From the NCBI GenBank assembly GCA_014380545.1, contig JACMJP010000238.1, positions 1-49,274 on the forward strand: 49,274 bases of DNA, in the 5' to 3' direction. How positions within the stretch are numbered: the stretch's first letter is position 1; each line of letters begins with the position of its first letter. The notes beneath the pieces are model-generated. The model did not search any database and was not told the DNA's origin. It was given only the letters and a program-made list of their open reading frames with translations. Both the position numbers and the translations under genes were made by a program. Source of the stretch: Chitinophagales bacterium. GTDB lineage: Bacteria > Bacteroidota > Bacteroidia > Chitinophagales > BACL12. Below, in pieces: positions 45,511 to 49,274 of this stretch.

Positions 45511-46353
45511 ATGAATCTTGTAGAATATTTTGATACAATACCATCATCGCATCGCACATTCATTTTAGTGGGTGGTTTGGTTTTCTTCTGGATGATCGAA
45601 AGTATTATTCCACTATTTAAAAGAAATTATAAATATATTAAACATGCAGGGGCTAATTTATTTTTTACACTTACTACTATAGGTGTAAATTTTGCTTTCG
45701 CATATCTGATTGTGTTTGCAAGTGATTATATGTATGAAAATAAATATGGGATTATTAATTTAATTGCAATGCCTTTGTGGTTATATGTTATTACAGGGTG
45801 TATGGTGTTGGACTTAATAGGCGCTTACTTCATTCATTTCATTCAGCATAAAATAAAATGGATGTGGAAATTTCATATTGTACATCACAGCGATATGCAT
45901 GTGGATACAACAACAGCGAACAGGCATCACCCCGTTGAAAGTCTTTTCAGAGCTGCATTTACTTTAATTGCAGTTATTGTTGCAGGTGCGCCCATGTGGT
46001 TAGTCATGGTGTATCAGAGCGTTAGTGCCGTGCTGAGTCAATTTAATCATGCAAATATTAGTTTACCAAGATGGATTGATACATCTATTAGCTGGATCAT
46101 AGTTTCACCGAATATGCATAAAGTGCATCATCATTATATTCAACCTTTAACAGATACAAATTATGGAAACATATTTTCTATCTGGGACAGGATCTTCCGA
46201 ACATTTGCAAAAGTGAAGGATACAAAAAAAGATATTGTGTATGGAATTGATTTAATGATGAAAGAAAAGGACAGCCAGGAAGTTGGAAATTTATTAGCAA
46301 TGCCTTTTAAAAACTATCAGCCATTAAGCACTTCAAAGTTTGCAGAAAAATAA
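45511..46353 (+). CDS. Fatty acid hydroxylase / sterol desaturase-family membrane di-iron enzyme
   Basis: His boxes HFIQH, HIVHHSDMH, HKVHHH, with 4 or more TM helices. Confidence 0.8.
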   Translation: MNLVEYFDTIPSSHRTFILVGGLVFFWMIESIIPLFKRNYKYIKHAGANLFFTLTTIGVNFAFAYLIVFASDYMYENKYGIINLIAMPLWLYVITGCMVLDLIGAYFIHFIQHKIKWMWKFHIVHHSDMHVDTTTANRHHPVESLFRAAFTLIAVIVAGAPMWLVMVYQSVSAVLSQFNHANISLPRWIDTSISWIIVSPNMHKVHHHYIQPLTDTNYGNIFSIWDRIFRTFAKVKDTKKDIVYGIDLMMKEKDSQEVGNLLAMPFKNYQPLSTSKFAEK

Positions 46354-46354
46354 A

Positions 46355-47005
46355 TTATTTTTTCTCCGCTACCTGTATATAATGATCAAAGAAAAATTTC
46401 TGTTTTAAATTTTCTGATTGCAATATCTTAAAATTGCGGTCTGTAAGAAAAGCTTCATATTCCTCAAGGTCATATTGATGCGGATGTAAAATGTCCCCGG
46501 GAATTATTCTGAATAAATTTTTAAAAAAGCTATAATTATGTGCATCAATTGTAACTACTAATTTTCCTCCGGGTTTAACATGATCTGCAAGCAGATCATA
46601 ACAACCTTTAAGATCAGAAACATGATTTATTGCATTCATGCAAAAAACAATATCATATTTTTTTCCTGAAGAGAATTTTTCCAGTGGCATACTATAAAAT
46701 TTCACATATGGAAAATTTGATTTTTTAAAATGTTGTAAATTTTTATCATATGCATCAAGCAGAGGATCCAGTGCAAATACATGACACTTCTCTAAATTCA
46801 TAAATATTCCTGACGGGCCGCAGCCCGCATCCAGCACATGCATGTCCTGGCTCACAGGGCATGTTAACGCAATAAGGTCAAGTAGTTTTTGCCAGTATTT
46901 TTTTTTCCAGATGTGATATTGCTCAACATCTTTTACTTTTAAATAATTTTCCCACCACCGCAATTCAGCTTTTTGGGCTATGTTCCACTTCAACGTTTTT
47001 TTCAT
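46355..47005 (-). CDS. Class I SAM-dependent methyltransferase
   Basis: VLDAGCGPSGIF motif I. IVFCMNAINHV, VKPGGKLVVTID. Confidence 0.75.
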   Translation of the reverse strand: MKKTLKWNIAQKAELRWWENYLKVKDVEQYHIWKKKYWQKLLDLIALTCPVSQDMHVLDAGCGPSGIFMNLEKCHVFALDPLLDAYDKNLQHFKKSNFPYVKFYSMPLEKFSSGKKYDIVFCMNAINHVSDLKGCYDLLADHVKPGGKLVVTIDAHNYSFFKNLFRIIPGDILHPHQYDLEEYEAFLTDRNFKILQSENLKQKFFFDHYIQVAEKK

Positions 47006-47009
47006 TACG

Positions 47010-47017
47010 TACCTTTG
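47010..47017 (+). promoter_or_regulatory. Candidate -7 box TAccTTTG upstream of the Smr-domain gene
   Basis: Exact TAnnTTTG, 17 nt upstream of the GTG at 47035. Same octamer as at 2988 and 42714. Confidence 0.45.
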
Positions 47018-47034
47018 TGCAATAATTTACAATA

Positions 47035-48036
47035 GTGGCGAAGTTACCAATTGGAACAAAAGTTTTTATTATTGAAACAGGTGAAATAGGATTTGTAATT
47101 GATTATTATCCTGATTTTACTGTGGCAGTTGATGTGGAAGGAGAATTTAAAAAACTACACCAAACAGGGATAATAGCTGCAAGAGAATTCGGACTATCAG
47201 AAAATAAAACTGAAGAAGGAAGTAAAAAAGATGAAAATAATTTGTATGCCACCATTGAAGGAATCATTTTGTTATTCAAGGCAATAAAAAACCTGTCCGG
47301 TGAAATAACAAGGTTTGATGTATTTTTAGTAAATCATTCAGGTAATGATTTGCTTTTTCTGTATGAATATTTCTGTAATAATACATTACAACATAAAGTA
47401 CGAAAAGAAATAAAAACTAAAACACATTTACTTTTACATGAATTTAAAACGGATCACTTGAATGATAATCCTGCATGCCATTTTGATTTTTGGGTAAAAA
47501 CATCGGATCAAACATCTGAAAATCCTTTTTCAAAAGAAGTGAAACTAAAAGCAAAACAGTTTTTTTCTAAATTGGAAAGCGATGAATTTTTAAAAAATGG
47601 ATATTTATTTTTTGAATTGCAGAAAAATATCCCTGCAAGGAAGGAAAATAAACAACAACCGGATTTTGACTGGGAAGAATTTGAGAATACAACACATAAG
47701 AAAAAAATAGTTGAAGAAGAAAAAACAAAAAACCATGATGTAATTCAAAAAGCAAACATGCCCGATCATATTGATCTGCATATAGAAAAGCTGGAAAAAA
47801 ATTTCAGACAATTATCAAATGCAGATATGTTGCAAATACAATTACGACATTGCAGAATTTTTTTAGAAAAAGCAATTCGTTATAAACTTGATAAGATATA
47901 TGTTATTCACGGATTAGGAAAAGGAGTTTTAAAAAACGAAATTGAGAAGTTATTAAAACAATATCCGGAAATTGAGTCTTACAATAATAATTACCATCCC
48001 CGTTTTGGATTTGGCGCAACTGAAATAATTTTGTAA
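47035..48036 (+). CDS. Smr-domain protein (MutS2-C-like nuclease domain at the C-terminus)
   Basis: C-terminal IDLHIEKL...LDKIYVIHGLGKGVLKNEIEKLLKQYPEI matches the Smr domain (DLHG...HGxG). GTG start. Confidence 0.75.
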   Translation: MAKLPIGTKVFIIETGEIGFVIDYYPDFTVAVDVEGEFKKLHQTGIIAAREFGLSENKTEEGSKKDENNLYATIEGIILLFKAIKNLSGEITRFDVFLVNHSGNDLLFLYEYFCNNTLQHKVRKEIKTKTHLLLHEFKTDHLNDNPACHFDFWVKTSDQTSENPFSKEVKLKAKQFFSKLESDEFLKNGYLFFELQKNIPARKENKQQPDFDWEEFENTTHKKKIVEEEKTKNHDVIQKANMPDHIDLHIEKLEKNFRQLSNADMLQIQLRHCRIFLEKAIRYKLDKIYVIHGLGKGVLKNEIEKLLKQYPEIESYNNNYHPRFGFGATEIIL

Positions 48037-48052
48037 CAAAGTTCTTTACATT

Positions 48053-48414
48053 ATTCTGCAAGCCGGTTTATCGTGGCGTCTCGGCGCCAAGGAAAGTCCG
48101 GATAGCACAGGATACCGCACCACTGAAGAGATGGCTGTTCCGTTAATACCGGGATAAGAGAAAGTGCCACAGAAAATAACTGTCCTGCTTATGCAGGATG
48201 AGGGTGAAAATGTGAGGTAAGAGCTCACGAATTATTTTGGTAACAAAGTAATTGGGTAAACCTTGCGGGCTACAATGCCAAATAAGTTAGAGTACAAAAA
48301 GAATGGCGATTCGTCAAAATCTTTAACGGGTAGGCAGCAAGAGGTTGTGAGTGATCGCAACCCTAGATAAATGATAAACATTAAAACAGGATCCGGCTTA
48401 TGAGCTTGCAGAAT
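48053..48414 (+). ncRNA. rnpB: RNase P RNA, bacterial type A
   Basis: P1 pairing attctgcaagc (48053-) with gcttgcagaat (-48414). Conserved GGAAAGTCCGG, GTGCCACAGAAAA, GGTAAGAGCTCAC, GGTAACA, GGGTAAACC, GGGTAGGC, CTAGATAAATGA and ACAGGATCCGGCTTAT blocks, in the canonical order. Confidence 0.93.
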
Positions 48415-48445
48415 TTTTTAAACCCATTTATTGAAAATATAATTA

Positions 48446-48649
48446 TTGAACCTGGATCAGAATATTATCATTTGTCCATTTTGCGGAATGCCGACTCAAA
48501 TAATTTGGGTGCATGGTCACGGGCAATGCATGTATTGTAAAACAAATTTTGATGAGTGCTGCAGAGGTGAGAACGTTGAAAATACAAATGAAAACATAAG
48601 TCATGAAAATGAAGAAAATAAAGATCAGGAATATGAAAATAATATTTAG
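48446..48649 (+). CDS. Hypothetical small Cys-rich (Zn-ribbon-like) protein with an acidic tail; existence uncertain
   Basis: CPFCG...CMYCK...ECC. TTG start only. Ends at a TAG that is in frame with the downstream MORN-repeat ORF. Confidence 0.3.
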   Translation: MNLDQNIIICPFCGMPTQIIWVHGHGQCMYCKTNFDECCRGENVENTNENISHENEENKDQEYENNI

Positions 48650-49274
48650 CTTTTACTTTTTGTTTTTGTTCAAAATTCTTCTTACGCACAAAATAAAGTA
48701 ACTTATATTCCTAAAGAGGACCCTGTTGTTAAAAGTGATAGCGTTTTTACATTACTTGATGCAACTACAAATTATAAATATTATGAAACAGAACTTGCAG
48801 ATGGGACAAAAGAAACAGGATATTTATTAAATGATAAAAAACAGGGTAATGTACAACGTTATTTTGCTAATGGTGTTCTATTGTCGCTTATACAATACGA
48901 AAATAATTTGCGTAATGGTGTTTTAATTGAATGTGATAAAAGTGGGGTTTTAACAAAGGAAGAAAATTATAAAAATGATAAGCTGCACGGTACTGTAAAA
49001 ATTTTTGCAAGCTCAAAGAATGTACGTATCGTAAAATCTTTTTATCAATATAACAATGGCGATTTAGATGGCCTGCAAATGGAATATAACGAAATGGGTA
49101 AAGTTATAAGCGAATCAAACTATAAAAACGGAAAGAAGAACGGGCTGAGCAAATGGTATTATAATAACGGTCAACTCGCAACAGAACAAAATTATTTGAA
49201 CGACCTGATTGAAGGAATTTATAAAACATATAATCAGCAGGGGATTTTAGTAGCTAAGGGGCAATATATAAAGG
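48650..49274 (+). CDS. MORN-repeat-variant (YwqK-like) protein; 3' end outside the window, 5' end unresolved (apparent frameshift relative to the ATG at 48633)
   Basis: The frame is open from 48650 to the window end. Repeated G.x.G....Y..NG.L units (KKQGNVQRYFANGVLLSLIQYENNLRNGVLIE.., NDKLHGTVKIF, GDLDGLQMEYNEMGKV, GKKNGLSKWYYNNGQL). No ATG, GTG or TTG at its 5' end. Confidence 0.7.

Noticed and set aside
48046-48228. 60-aa minus-strand ORF.
   Set aside because: It lies entirely within the RNase P RNA gene. It has no coding features and arises from the GC-richer structured RNA.
1-49274. I searched for CRISPR arrays, tRNA/rRNA genes, transposases, integrases, toxin-antitoxin pairs, restriction-modification systems and other defence-system hallmarks.
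   Set aside because: There are no regularly spaced direct repeats, no cloverleaf-like or rRNA-like segments, and no ORF with recombinase, nuclease-helicase or defence-type motifs. The only structured RNA I recognise is RNase P RNA. The methyltransferases all look like small-molecule or sugar class I/FkbM types, not DNA methyltransferases, and none has a partner nuclease.

Overview
This is an AT-rich chromosomal segment that looks like Bacteroidota. The evidence is a T9SS C-terminal sorting domain, TAnnTTTG -7 promoter boxes and a type-A RNase P RNA.

Left flank: the 3' end of uvrB, a secreted sulfatase-PKD-T9SS protein on the opposite strand, and uvrA.

Core (about 6.0-41.2 kb): two divergent methyltransferases, then a roughly 33 kb run of 30 genes, all on the minus strand, forming a Wzx/Wzy-type surface-polysaccharide locus. 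In transcription order it contains:
- a six-gene ulosonic/nonulosonic-acid module (NeuB-like synthase, cytidylyltransferase, Gfo/Idh/MocA oxidoreductase, methyltransferase, SDR, KdsC-family phosphatase);
- wzx;
- a very AT-rich block of glycosyltransferases, including two tandem 348-aa paralogs and a polytopic membrane protein;
- a Wzy-like protein;
- a cassette of wecB, a bi-domain oxidoreductase, an AsnB-like amidotransferase, a heparinase II/III-like protein and a WbuB-like GT4;
- a pglC/pglE/pglF-like block in which an ATP-grasp enzyme sits where the PglD acetyltransferase would be;
- wza and wzc.

Right flank: kdsA, a RidA-family protein, an M23/LysM peptidase, an aldehyde dehydrogenase, a fatty-acid hydroxylase, a methyltransferase, an Smr-domain protein, rnpB, a small Cys-rich ORF and a MORN-repeat protein that runs off the window.

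I found no CRISPR array, tRNA, rRNA, transposase, integrase or recognisable defence system. The candidates for new biology are sugar-chemistry modules inside the polysaccharide locus. None of them can be shown to be novel without database searches, which I could not run.
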